Source of the DNA: an uncultured bacterium
GTDB lineage: Bacteria > Bacillota_I > Bacilli_A > RFN20 > CAG-826
Reading direction: 5' to 3'
DNA: 64,000 bases
NCBI GenBank assembly: GCA_949285325.1
Contig: CASDYZ010000007.1
Span: 149,629 to 213,628 of the forward strand
The notes below the pieces were generated by a model. That model did not search any database. It saw only the letters and a list, made by a program, of their open reading frames with translations, and was not told the origin of the DNA. This document shows, one piece after another, positions 17,498 through 27,928 of the stretch. The stretch's first letter is position 1. The number at the start of each line of letters is the position of its first letter. The translations under genes were made by a program, and so were the position numbers.

Positions 17498-18694
17498 ATG
17501 AAAAAATTTCTATTTATATCACCACATTTCCCAGATTCATATTATCAGTTTGTCAAAGCAATTAAAAAACGTGGATTTATCACCTTAGGTATAGGTGATG
17601 CACCTTATTATGAAATACCGCAAGGGCTGAAAGATAGCCTCGATGAATATTACACATGTTACAACATGGACAATTTTGATAATGAAGTAAATGCGGTTAA
17701 ATATTTTTTAAGTAAATATGGTCAAATTGATTACATTGAAAGCAACAATGAATATTGGTTAGAAAAAGATGCGAAATTAAGAGAAATATTTAATGTGCCT
17801 AATGGGGTTAGACCTCATCAGTTAGAATTTTATCAACATAAATCTCTCATGAAACAATACTATGAGAAAGCAGGCGTTAAAGTTGCTCAGTGGACTCTAG
17901 TTGATTCTTTAGAGCAAATGAAAGAATTTGTTAAAAAAGTCGGCTATCCAATTTTTGCTAAACCTGATATGGGAGTAGGCGCGGAAGGTGATTTTAAAAT
18001 CAATAATCTCGATGACTTAAAACATTTCTTAGAAGTTAAAAACCCAAATGTCAAATATATAGCCGAGCAATATCTAGACGGCAATATCGTCAGTTTTGAC
18101 GGGGTGAGCAATTCTAAAGCAGAAGTTATATTTTGTACGAGTAATGTCTTCCCTCCTTCAGTAGCGGATGTGGTGGAAAATAAGAGCGATATATTTTATT
18201 ACACAGTTCCTAAAGTAAATAAAAAATTAGAAGATATAGGTAGGAGAGTAATAAAAGCCTTCAATGTTAAAAATAGATTTTTCCACCTTGAATTTTTTGT
18301 CCTTAATAAGGCCGCAAAAAATTTAGCTAAAAAAGGCGAGATTGTCGCACTTGAAACGAATATGCGTCCTGCCGGAGGATATACCCCAGATCTTATCAAC
18401 TTCGCCAACAGTGTATCTTGCTATGAAATTTATGGAGATTCAATCGCCTATGATGAAAATAGGCAAAATATGAATTGGCCAAAATTTTACGCTGGATGTG
18501 CGACGAGAAGAGATGGAGTAAATTACGTTTATAGCGACGATGAGGTGTTAAATAAATACCGCCTCAACATTTGCCATCACGGAAGATATCCACAAGTATT
18601 CTCTGGGGCAATGGGAAATAGATTCTTCATGGCAAAATTTACTTCATTAGAAGAAATAGAAGAATTTAGAAATTTTGTCGAAGCGCGTCAATAA
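17498..18694 (+). CDS. ATP-grasp domain protein (carboxylate-amine ligase-like), function unknown
   Basis: 398 aa. Pre-ATP-grasp N-domain. HKSLMKQYYEKAGVKV..GYPIFAKPDMGVG..EQYLDG..LEFF..ALETNMRPAGG matches the ATP-grasp fold order. Confidence 0.7.
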   Translation: MKKFLFISPHFPDSYYQFVKAIKKRGFITLGIGDAPYYEIPQGLKDSLDEYYTCYNMDNFDNEVNAVKYFLSKYGQIDYIESNNEYWLEKDAKLREIFNVPNGVRPHQLEFYQHKSLMKQYYEKAGVKVAQWTLVDSLEQMKEFVKKVGYPIFAKPDMGVGAEGDFKINNLDDLKHFLEVKNPNVKYIAEQYLDGNIVSFDGVSNSKAEVIFCTSNVFPPSVADVVENKSDIFYYTVPKVNKKLEDIGRRVIKAFNVKNRFFHLEFFVLNKAAKNLAKKGEIVALETNMRPAGGYTPDLINFANSVSCYEIYGDSIAYDENRQNMNWPKFYAGCATRRDGVNYVYSDDEVLNKYRLNICHHGRYPQVFSGAMGNRFFMAKFTSLEEIEEFRNFVEARQ

Positions 18695-18727
18695 ATTTAT
18701 CTAAGACTTATTAGTAAAATAATTGTG

Positions 18728-18756
18728 AAGCACCTTTAACATTTAGGTGCTTTTTA
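18728..18756 (+). terminator. rho-independent terminator
   Basis: AAGCACCT (18728-18735), a 9-nt loop, AGGTGCTT (18745-18752), then a T-run. Confidence 0.7.
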
Positions 18757-18831
18757 ATTTATATTAATCACACTTGCTTTTACATCATTTTATTGTAGAA
18801 TATAAATAGATTTTTAGGAAAGTGAAAAAAT

Positions 18832-21165
18832 ATGAAAATTTTAGCAGTTATTTCGATTTTATCGTCGCTATTTATCGCCAATATTTCTTCGGCAAATATA
18901 AGACAAAATTTAAGTGAAAATTCTCTACCTTTACTAGAAGGTGAACAATTTGATTACGCCAATCAATTTTACGATGATTTTTCTAACGGTATTTCTTCTT
19001 CAAATTGGTACATTTCTAAGCGGGCTTGGGGAGAAGTTAATGGACGAACCAATGGCGGGGTGATACCAGAGAACGTTAAATACAACACCAATAAGGGAAT
19101 AGCTAGGCTCTACGCAAGGGGAGAATATTACGCCAAAGAAGAATTTAATGGTGTTGGAAGTGTAACAGACGGCTCACTTACTGGCGGAGCCCTCGTACTT
19201 AAACAAACAACTGCTCCTGGTAGATATGAAATAAGAATGAAAGTTGCCCCTCGAGTAGGTATATGTAATGCTTTTTGGACTTATACAGAAGATGAAAATG
19301 GAAATAATCATGAAATAGATATTGAATTACCAGGTAAAATTGAGGGCTATAATTCATTTAATAATGTGCTATTTACCAATTATATTGGTAATGCAACTTC
19401 AAATCAGAAAGTATTAGATTATTATTTATCAGATGATGAATATCATACTTTTGGTTTTGACTGGTATTATTCAGCTAATCATAAATTAATTAATTATTAT
19501 ATCGATGGTGAACTGCTCGCCACATCGACGACAAACGTCCCATTTTTAGAAACTAGACTTTGGGTTGGCGTGTGGATTCCTAATAATGTAGATTTTGTTG
19601 GTGAACCTTTATTTGATTCAGCTTATATGGATATAGATTATGTAAAATATATCCCGTTTAAAAATCAAATCTACACTCCTAATGATAATTTAAATCCCGG
19701 TATTGTCGCTTTAGAAGATGAATATCCTTCTGATTCTAATTTAAGTAATGAATATAATAAAATCCCAAATGGCGATTTTGAATATTATAAAAACAATCCA
19801 ACATATGAAAATATTGGTATTGATTTAAGTGGTGATTATGAAATAAGTGAAGAATACGGTAACAATAGTTACGGATTAAAATTAAATAATGGAGAATTAG
19901 AAATAGTTCTTGATTCTTCTTACGATGTAAACGATTATGATTTGAAACTTGACTATATTGGAAGTGGAAATTTATCTATAGAGTATTATTCAAAAAATAA
20001 CACGCTTTTAGACAGTAAAAATTTTATATTAAACAACAATGAGAAATACGATACATTTAGTCAAAAACTTGGCAATTGTCCAGCAAATTCATTTTATTTG
20101 AAACTGATTTTAAATACAAATTCAACTATTTATATCGATAATTTATTTTTAGGTATTTTGAATGAAATAATAGATGAACCAATCGTAAGTGATACATATT
20201 CTTCATATGGAGTAGTATTATTAAATAATTCTACTTTGACAACTGATAGTTCTTATAACGGCATATTCAAAATGGATTTTGATAACTCTAATAGAGAGTG
20301 GGTCATATCCAATGGCGGTATTTCAAATTCTAATTTTGTCTTAGGATGTAATCCTGAGTCAGCTTCAAACTCTGAACTTGCTAGCACTCATTTGATGGAC
20401 GGTAGCTCTATTGAAGAAACTAATTTTGTTAAAATATCTGACGCAATCGAAAATTATGGTTTTGAATTAGACGTTTACTATATACAAGCGATGTATATGA
20501 ACTTTGATATTACTAATTTTAAAGACATTACCTTCTATATAAATTCATATAATGTCGGTACCCCTAGTGATGCACCTTGGTATAGAAATTTAATACTTTA
20601 TTCAATAGATGAAGGTGATACGTGGAATATATTAAATTATAACAATTTAAAAGATTCTAACGGGACAGCGTCCACTGATCTTGACACATATCAAGTAGAC
20701 GGAAATATAGATAATTTAACAGTTAATAATTTTGATAAAATTCGATTTGCTTATGCCTATCTAGCGTATTTTATGGGTGGGCAAGGTGTATGTGTATCAG
20801 GTATCTCTATCAATAGAGAATCTGATTTCATGGATAAAATTGATAATGACACAAATATATGTAATTACGCTGAATATGAAAAACAGTTTTTAAATACTCA
20901 ATATAACAATTTAAGCGAAGAAGAAAAAGTAAATTTAAATACTATACATAGAAAAAACAGCCCTAATCAGACATATATAGAAGGATATAATTATCTACTT
21001 GATTATTGGAATAAATTAAACGGGCGTAACAGCGTAAATACTTTAATCAAACAACCGATGGTGTTTGTTAATGTTTTATCTTTAATAAGTGCTTTTATCA
21101 TCGTTAGTCTACTTATAAAAAATAGAAAAAAATTCTACGATAAAGATAAGAAAATAAGAAGATAA
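18832..21165 (+). CDS. secreted GH16 beta-glucanase with CBM-like middle region and C-terminal TM anchor
   Basis: 777 aa. Signal peptide. GH16 catalytic motif NHEIDIELPG (E-x-D-x-x-E). NGDFE-type CBM4_9-like segment. C-terminal helix VLSLISAFIIVSLLI followed by KNRKKF. Confidence 0.85.
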   Translation: MKILAVISILSSLFIANISSANIRQNLSENSLPLLEGEQFDYANQFYDDFSNGISSSNWYISKRAWGEVNGRTNGGVIPENVKYNTNKGIARLYARGEYYAKEEFNGVGSVTDGSLTGGALVLKQTTAPGRYEIRMKVAPRVGICNAFWTYTEDENGNNHEIDIELPGKIEGYNSFNNVLFTNYIGNATSNQKVLDYYLSDDEYHTFGFDWYYSANHKLINYYIDGELLATSTTNVPFLETRLWVGVWIPNNVDFVGEPLFDSAYMDIDYVKYIPFKNQIYTPNDNLNPGIVALEDEYPSDSNLSNEYNKIPNGDFEYYKNNPTYENIGIDLSGDYEISEEYGNNSYGLKLNNGELEIVLDSSYDVNDYDLKLDYIGSGNLSIEYYSKNNTLLDSKNFILNNNEKYDTFSQKLGNCPANSFYLKLILNTNSTIYIDNLFLGILNEIIDEPIVSDTYSSYGVVLLNNSTLTTDSSYNGIFKMDFDNSNREWVISNGGISNSNFVLGCNPESASNSELASTHLMDGSSIEETNFVKISDAIENYGFELDVYYIQAMYMNFDITNFKDITFYINSYNVGTPSDAPWYRNLILYSIDEGDTWNILNYNNLKDSNGTASTDLDTYQVDGNIDNLTVNNFDKIRFAYAYLAYFMGGQGVCVSGISINRESDFMDKIDNDTNICNYAEYEKQFLNTQYNNLSEEEKVNLNTIHRKNSPNQTYIEGYNYLLDYWNKLNGRNSVNTLIKQPMVFVNVLSLISAFIIVSLLIKNRKKFYDKDKKIRR

Positions 21166-21246
21166 TTTTAAATAATTAAATATATTTTTTAAGTTTATAA
21201 AAAAATGCATTGATTTTAAACAAAATTTAATAAATAATTAGTGTAG

Positions 21247-22668
21247 ATGATAAGTTTTGGTACAGGTGGCTTTAGAGGCATTATCGGAGATGATTTTACC
21301 CGAGAAAATGTTGAACTTATCGCACAAGGATTAAGCGATATTGTCAACGAAGAAGGTAGTAAAAAACCTATTATAATTGGGTATGATAATCGTTTTATGT
21401 CGGATTTTTTTGCCCGATGGTTTGCCCAAGTTCTCGCTGGTAACAATATTAAATGTTATGTTTATACTTCTAGTGTACCTACCCCATCAGTTATGAGTGC
21501 GACTCGCGATCTAGGTAACGATTATGGGGTGATGATAACCGCTTCACATAATCCCTACTTTTTTAACGGAGTAAAGATATTTTTAAGCCAAGGATACGAC
21601 GCGGATGTTGAATTCACCAATAAACTCGAACAATTTGTTAAAAATGTTAAAAAGATAAAATCAATATACTATAAAAAAGCCAAGAGAAATTGGTTAATTC
21701 AAGATTACTCCAACACTAATATGTATTTAAATCACATTAAAACTTTTATTAATAAAGAAGTATTAGAAAACAACAATTTAAAAGTTATATATGACAACAT
21801 GAATGGTGTCGGTGTAGTTGGCCTATCTCAGTTAGCAAAAGATTTAAAAATTAAACAATTTGATATTATTCACGGCGAGCACGATGCATTCTTTGGTTTT
21901 AATTTACCAAATCCAACTGAAGAAGCACTCAGTGTCGATTTTAAAGATAAAGTAGTCGATGGTGGTTATGATTTTGGTTTAGCTACTGATTCTGACGGCG
22001 ATAGACTTGGTGTCATCGATGAAAATGGTAATTATGTCTCAAACAATGAAATACTAGCGTGTCTTTATTATTATCTAGTTAAATATAGAGGCTATAAAGG
22101 CGACATAGTAAAAAATTGTGCGACCTCTATTTTTGTCGATAAAGTTGCAAATAAACTTGGTTATAAATGTCACGAAGTGGATGTCGGATTTAAAAATATA
22201 ACCGCCGGGATGAAAAAATATAACGCCTTGATCGGAGGAGAATCTTCTGGCGGATTAACTGTCAAAGGATATCTATACGGAAAAGATAGTGTCTTCTCAT
22301 CCGCACTTTTCATGGAGATGGTGGTCGCACTTAAAAAGAGTGTCAGTCAAATCATTAGCGATATAAAAGAAGAGGTTGGATATAAACATTATTTTGTTGA
22401 AGACTTTATTCCTTTAAGTGCGGATGTTAATAAAGTGATTGAATATATTTCATCTCACCCACCTAAATTTACTCATAAATTAATTAAATACGATCACTAT
22501 ACGAGAAATTTCAAATATTATTTTGAAAACGACTCTTGGTTATTAATTAGACTTTCAGGCACTGAACCAGCTTTTAGAATATTTGTAGAAACAGAAAATA
22601 AAGAAAAAGCTGAATTAAGTGTCATGGAGCTAAAACAATTTATAAATAATGTTCAGTTGAAATTTTAA
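21247..22668 (+). CDS. alpha-D-phosphohexomutase (phosphoglucomutase/phosphomannomutase family)
   Basis: 473 aa. Active-site TASHNP, Mg-binding ATDSDGDR, sugar loop GGESSGG, phosphate loop RLSGTEP. Confidence 0.9.
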   Translation: MISFGTGGFRGIIGDDFTRENVELIAQGLSDIVNEEGSKKPIIIGYDNRFMSDFFARWFAQVLAGNNIKCYVYTSSVPTPSVMSATRDLGNDYGVMITASHNPYFFNGVKIFLSQGYDADVEFTNKLEQFVKNVKKIKSIYYKKAKRNWLIQDYSNTNMYLNHIKTFINKEVLENNNLKVIYDNMNGVGVVGLSQLAKDLKIKQFDIIHGEHDAFFGFNLPNPTEEALSVDFKDKVVDGGYDFGLATDSDGDRLGVIDENGNYVSNNEILACLYYYLVKYRGYKGDIVKNCATSIFVDKVANKLGYKCHEVDVGFKNITAGMKKYNALIGGESSGGLTVKGYLYGKDSVFSSALFMEMVVALKKSVSQIISDIKEEVGYKHYFVEDFIPLSADVNKVIEYISSHPPKFTHKLIKYDHYTRNFKYYFENDSWLLIRLSGTEPAFRIFVETENKEKAELSVMELKQFINNVQLKF

Positions 22669-22681
22669 GGAGGAAAATACA

Positions 22682-23856
22682 ATGATTAAAACTAAACATT
22701 TAATTACAACAAGTTTTGGTGTCTTTTTCCTAGCAGGCGCGCTTGTGCTAGGAGGGAATATCACAACTAATAACTTTAAGGCCGCTGAAGCGGTAGAGAC
22801 ACCACTTACATCAACTGTAAATAATTATTATGCGATTATTGATAACAGCAGTGGTTTAATGACATCGTATCCTACTAACTGGGAATATAAAAAGGATGTC
22901 CATGTTCAATTTAATGACTCTATCGATATGACGTGGCTTGTGTCATTTGGAAGAAGAACAGGCACCAATATGCTTGCATTAGGTAACATTAATGACTCCG
23001 CTGAAAATTATGAAAATGATGTACAAGTTACTGCTGAACAGTCGACAATTACGGCAGTCACTGACACAAATTCAGATTATTTTAAAATAGCACAAGCTTT
23101 AGGATATGAAGGCGATACAACAAAATTTGTAAGCGCGGTTATAAGTGATGGATATATAGAAAATGTACAAGATTTCCATTTCTATTTTAGTGGCGCTGAA
23201 GCGGGGTATGTCACAGTTCTTTATCAAGAAGAAGGGGAAAGTAATTGGACAGTAGTTAAAACCGATGATGGAGAAAAGTCATATTATGGCGCAGATGCGA
23301 GTAATAAACAAGGTTCAAGAGTGGCAGGCTCTTGGAATCAAAGCGCATACCACAATGGTTCAACGTGGCAGTTTACAACGACCCTTCAAGGTAAGACCGC
23401 CAAAATAGCGTTCACATATGAAGTATACACCCCCGTTCAAATTATCTATATTTACGCGGTATTGAAATTAATACCCTCAATAGTGCGATAAGTTATGTCG
23501 ATAAACTCAGCAGTGAAACTGGCATTTGCGAAAAAATAACTAACAACATATCTAATTACAAATCTAATTTAGAACTCATCAATTATAAAATCACTCAAGC
23601 TGATTTAGAAGCGTTATCAGAAAAAGAATTAAATAGTGAAAATACTAGCGAAAAAACATACTACCACTTCTATAGTTATTTGTTAGGTTACGCTGGTATT
23701 GAAAATAGCGATCCATTACGAATTAATTCACCACTTACATTTATTAACGATAAGAGCGGTGTCATCACATTAACTTTAATTGGTATCGTAGTTCTAGCTG
23801 TTTTTACTGTTGGATTATTGATAGTTATTAACAAAAAACGTCATTACAACAAATAA
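22682..23856 (+). pseudogene. surface protein gene split by a 1-nt frameshift at a C5 tract (N-terminal signal anchor, C-terminal TM anchor)
   Basis: Frame 2 stops at 23489-23491. Frame 1 is open from 23422 to the TAA at 23854-23856 and encodes ..GIEINTLNSAISYVDKL..ICEK..YYHFYSYLLGY..LTLIGIVVLAVFTVGLLIVINKKRHYNK, which is collinear with the C-terminus of the 18832 protein. Adding one C to CCCCC 23430-23434 joins the two frames (391 aa). Confidence 0.6.
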
Positions 23857-23880
23857 TAAATCGTAATAATTGTTCAATTT

Positions 23881-23908
23881 AAAAAGGCATCGATTTGATG
23901 CCTTTTTT
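23881..23908. terminator. bidirectional rho-independent terminator between convergent operons
   Basis: AAAAAGGCATC, loop GATTT, GATGCCTTTTT. The A-tract and T-tract flanks allow function on both strands. Confidence 0.75.
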
Positions 23909-23936
23909 ATTAAAATTAATGCAAAACTAAATTATT

Positions 23937-26432
23937 TTAATCGATTATTTGTATATTTATTATTTCATCTTGTATTTTTGAAACATCAAAAGAATCATTA
24001 ATAGTTTCATCATTAACTATTATTTTTCTTTTACCTTGTTTCATATTTTGATAGTTAATTTTTAATAATTTATTTTTGACTCGAACAGTTAGATGAGCGT
24101 CGTCACACGGAAAATAATTTGATGGTTTAATCTTAACTATTGAAGTTAAATCAACTTTTAAACCAAACAAATCAAAAACGAGAGTTTTAATTAAAGTATT
24201 AGAGCTACCAGTATACCAATCGTTCATAGATTCTCCATCGACACCTATTTCTGGATTATAGATGTATGAATTTGGCATGACAAAAGGAGAAGTAGAGACG
24301 AATTTATGTGTTAAGGGAATAATTTTATAAATTTGTTCAAAAGCTTTTTCTCCTTCATCTAGCATAAATAATGATTTAATGGCGAACACCACACTGTGAA
24401 TGTATGTCGCCGCATTTTCGGCGGTGCCTTTTGGTAGATTAATAATTCTCCCCACCTTAAACGCATCCCTATCAAAATATTCATCAAATGTTTTATAACC
24501 ATATTTGCTATCTAAACATTCATACGCTTTTAATATTGTGTTTTTAATATCTTTATTATCTTCATATAGCCCAGAGATGCAGTAAAAGGCATTTGATGTC
24601 AAAGAGTGTCTATTTTTATTGTCAACATCTTTAAAACTACCGACAAAGAAACTCTTATTTTCACCCCATCCATGAACGATTCTTTTTTCATCTTCCTTTG
24701 ATATGATGCAGTGTTTATTAATGCTTTTCTTTAGTCTATTCGCACAATCTAAATAATAATTTATTTTATTTTCATCGTTACTATAATATTTAGTAATATT
24801 TGCCATCTCTATTAAGTTTTTATAGAGGTGGAAACTCGCCATCGACGATACTCCATTACCAAAAGATTCATTTTGGTTAGAGGAACGACCTAAACCATCA
24901 ATCGCGTCATTCCAATCACCATAAAGAGTTTTTAAACACCCAGTATCTTGATCAATATTTTTTATTAGGTAATTAATAATTTTTTCTAAATGTTTATACA
25001 CACTGTCGGTGATATTTAATATTTTTCCGCTCTTTAAACCGATAAGTTCACAGTATTTACACTCCTCATCTAAAATGCTCTTATCATTGCTATAGGATAG
25101 ATAGGTGTATATTGTCGATATAATCCATTGCCCTTGGTCGATAAATTCTCTATTGTCCATGAGCGGATTTTCTTCTCCACTTGGTAAAGAGAATTGTCGA
25201 GGGCTTTGTCCACTTGGATCAATAAAATTTAAACATTTTAATATTATCTTTCTCGCACTTTTTAAATCCCATAGCAAAGACGCTTCAACCATTTGGAATA
25301 CATCTCTTATCCCTAGAAGCATAAGTGATGAGTTTTTTGCATTCGCCCCATAATCTACTTGATATATGACATTTTTTATAAATTGGTTTAATAAAGAATT
25401 GTTTAATTTGTTGTCATTTAATGGTCCAAATTCAATACAAAAATCTTTGATGTTTGATGAAGTGTCTTTTAGTTTAATAAATTCAACATCGTTATCTTCA
25501 TATTTAAAAGATTTATTTTGATAATATTCATTATCTTTTTCATTAAATGAAATATTAATTTTGTAATCAACTTGTAATGATTCATTATTTTTTAATTTGC
25601 TTTTAACAATGTCGGAATAGGCAGAAGTTTCAGAAAATAATGTCGTCTTTTTTTCTTCTTTTATCTCTCCCATCTTAAGTGCTTTTGAATGATATAAAGC
25701 GATGTGTTTACCCCCGCTAAAACAAGCTTTAGAAGAAGTGGAGGTAACTATAATATCTTTTCTATTTACTGCTCTTTTAATATTTGCGTAATTAGTTAGA
25801 TGAATATTTCTAGAAACATCTTCAACTCCTAAAAAAGTACAACCGTCATCATTTAGTGTACATTTTTTAAACCATTTACTCTCTTCACTATCACAGGCAT
25901 TATGCTCCATGATTGGATTCATGTAAGAAGATAAATATATATCTATATCTTTATTAGTATTGTTAAACGCAAATGCTGATATCAATATATCTTTATTAGA
26001 ATTAATACCTAGTTTTAAAGCAAAAATAACATTGTTAAGTTCTTTTATGTAATATACATATTTTTTACCAAACACGCAGTAGGAATAATCATCTAAATCA
26101 TTTAAAACACCAGTAATTGAATAAGGTGTATATCCATCATTATTTTTTATCCCCCCAAAAAACATAATCCTAGGTTCTCTTCCTTCAAGAGTAGGAGGAA
26201 AAAGGTAAAATGATGATTCATTTATCGATATATATCCAGAAGCGTGAGCCCATAAAGTCAATCCATCGCAGCTATATGGGTAGCGGGAATCTCCATCTTT
26301 TCTAGGTAGAGCAAGGATAAAATTGTCATCGAGAAAATAACAAGAACTTGGTAATGTCTTTTCTTTTGGGTTAGTTTTTAAACAACTATGAATTTGCTCT
26401 AAAAGATTATATATTTCCGCTTTAGGATTCAT
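23937..26432 (-). CDS. GH94-like glycoside phosphorylase (laminaribiose/cellobiose/chitobiose phosphorylase family)
   Basis: About 831 aa from ATG 26432 (843 aa from GTG 26468, which overlaps the upstream gene by 34 nt). The family-typical catalytic segment LYGDWNDAIDGLG lies in an (alpha/alpha)6-type C-terminal half. No signal peptide. Substrate cannot be assigned from sequence. Confidence 0.65.
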   Translation of the reverse strand: MNPKAEIYNLLEQIHSCLKTNPKEKTLPSSCYFLDDNFILALPRKDGDSRYPYSCDGLTLWAHASGYISINESSFYLFPPTLEGREPRIMFFGGIKNNDGYTPYSITGVLNDLDDYSYCVFGKKYVYYIKELNNVIFALKLGINSNKDILISAFAFNNTNKDIDIYLSSYMNPIMEHNACDSEESKWFKKCTLNDDGCTFLGVEDVSRNIHLTNYANIKRAVNRKDIIVTSTSSKACFSGGKHIALYHSKALKMGEIKEEKKTTLFSETSAYSDIVKSKLKNNESLQVDYKINISFNEKDNEYYQNKSFKYEDNDVEFIKLKDTSSNIKDFCIEFGPLNDNKLNNSLLNQFIKNVIYQVDYGANAKNSSLMLLGIRDVFQMVEASLLWDLKSARKIILKCLNFIDPSGQSPRQFSLPSGEENPLMDNREFIDQGQWIISTIYTYLSYSNDKSILDEECKYCELIGLKSGKILNITDSVYKHLEKIINYLIKNIDQDTGCLKTLYGDWNDAIDGLGRSSNQNESFGNGVSSMASFHLYKNLIEMANITKYYSNDENKINYYLDCANRLKKSINKHCIISKEDEKRIVHGWGENKSFFVGSFKDVDNKNRHSLTSNAFYCISGLYEDNKDIKNTILKAYECLDSKYGYKTFDEYFDRDAFKVGRIINLPKGTAENAATYIHSVVFAIKSLFMLDEGEKAFEQIYKIIPLTHKFVSTSPFVMPNSYIYNPEIGVDGESMNDWYTGSSNTLIKTLVFDLFGLKVDLTSIVKIKPSNYFPCDDAHLTVRVKNKLLKINYQNMKQGKRKIIVNDETINDSFDVSKIQDEIINIQIID

Positions 26433-26434
26433 TT

Positions 26435-27889
26435 TTAAATGCCTGCTTGTCGTTTCCAATCTTCCCACTGTCTTTGTGTTTCGTTTTTAATTGTGTCAAA
26501 AGCACGATCAACACTAGATGTACCAGATAATATACCATTGAATGGTCTCATTGCTGAAGTACCCCACACATCAACTATATTATTTAAATAAAGTAAACTT
26601 GATGAGAAATTGGTGAAAGTAGTGGAAGTTGAATTTTTATAATCCACTAAAGAATCGACAAATGAATTAGGAGCCTCATAATTTTGAGTATCCCAAGAGT
26701 ACGCCATTAAGCCATTCGCCGTGGTGGTGAAGTTTTCACATCCCCAATTAGACACTAACAATTTAATAAATGATTTTGCTAAATCAGCTTTTGTTGATGT
26801 AGCAGGTATAGCGATATATTGGTCTTCACCAACAATATAAGAAATATTTTCATCGACAGCATTAGGCGCAGTAGGTGTCTTCATGATTTTTAAATCAAAA
26901 GTTTCAGGTAAAACGCCATCTTCCATATATCTAATTATTTCGTTATAGCACCATTCACCATTAAACATCATCGCACTATATCCGTTTAAAAAATCTTGTT
27001 GAGCTTGGTGATTTGTTTTAGATAAAGAACCTTCGACATAATTAGTTGAGTCAGAGAAAATATTATTCCATAGCTCTACAGCTTCTTTTAAATATGAATA
27101 AGCGCTGTCAGCGACTGTATAGTCAAAAGCGGTGTAATTTTCATATTTTAAAAATTCACTTATTTTTTCTTTTCCAGCAAGTTGTCCCCACCAAGTAAGA
27201 ACAGCGTAATCAAAATAGTCAGTGTTTTGTCCGGTATATACAAAAGGTCTAACCGTCGCACTTAAATCACCTTCAACTGGGATTCTATCTTCTTTGATTT
27301 TACTAATTAAAGCAGTTAATTGTTCATAAGTTTCTGGCACCCCAGTAGTGTTAGTTGGGTATTGTTCTTTAAGCCAAACATCCCACCCAGCGTCAGTAAA
27401 CATCGCTGCATTATAATAAATACCACCGACACCACTAGTCCAAGGTAATCGATAAGTATGTGTCTCACCATCCAGATTAGTAAAATATATAGAATCTTGA
27501 TATTCTTCATTAACTTTATCTTTAATTTTGACACCATCAACTTCTTCTTCAATTAAATCGTCAAGTGGATGTAATGCTCCGCTTGCGGCGTAGGTTCTCC
27601 AATCAGTGCCGACGCTTATATATAAGTCATCAGTGTTGTGGCTTGACGCCATATTTCTCGATATTAAACTTTTCGCGTCTTCACTGGCTACTAAATTAAC
27701 TTTGTAATCAGGATTTTCTTCTTCCCACTTACTAACTGCGTTTTTAATCCAGACATCGCCATAACCTAAATTTAAACAAACAATATTTAAAGTAGTTGGG
27801 TCGTTTTCTTGTCCGCCTCCACACCCACTCAAAAGTGAAAGAGATAAAAATAAAGTGCCACCTAAGAGGCAAAATAAAGATTTTTTCAT
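26435..27889 (-). CDS. ABC sugar transporter substrate-binding lipoprotein (family 1 SBP)
   Basis: 484 aa. Lipobox LSLLSGC. Trp/Tyr-rich SBP fold pattern. SD AGGAG 8 nt upstream of the ATG. Confidence 0.85.
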   Translation of the reverse strand: MKKSLFCLLGGTLFLSLSLLSGCGGGQENDPTTLNIVCLNLGYGDVWIKNAVSKWEEENPDYKVNLVASEDAKSLISRNMASSHNTDDLYISVGTDWRTYAASGALHPLDDLIEEEVDGVKIKDKVNEEYQDSIYFTNLDGETHTYRLPWTSGVGGIYYNAAMFTDAGWDVWLKEQYPTNTTGVPETYEQLTALISKIKEDRIPVEGDLSATVRPFVYTGQNTDYFDYAVLTWWGQLAGKEKISEFLKYENYTAFDYTVADSAYSYLKEAVELWNNIFSDSTNYVEGSLSKTNHQAQQDFLNGYSAMMFNGEWCYNEIIRYMEDGVLPETFDLKIMKTPTAPNAVDENISYIVGEDQYIAIPATSTKADLAKSFIKLLVSNWGCENFTTTANGLMAYSWDTQNYEAPNSFVDSLVDYKNSTSTTFTNFSSSLLYLNNIVDVWGTSAMRPFNGILSGTSSVDRAFDTIKNETQRQWEDWKRQAGI

Positions 27890-27928
27890 GAAAATTACTC
27901 CTTTTTTAAGTTTGTAAAATAAATCATT

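Noticed and set aside
26433-26468. ORF-track start (GTG 26468) of the GH94-like gene, giving a 34-nt overlap with the SBP gene.
   Set aside because: An in-frame ATG at 26432 lies 2 nt after the SBP stop and gives an N-terminus (MNPKAEIYNLLEQ..) without the odd MGRLETTSRHLK extension. The longer form cannot be excluded but is less parsimonious.
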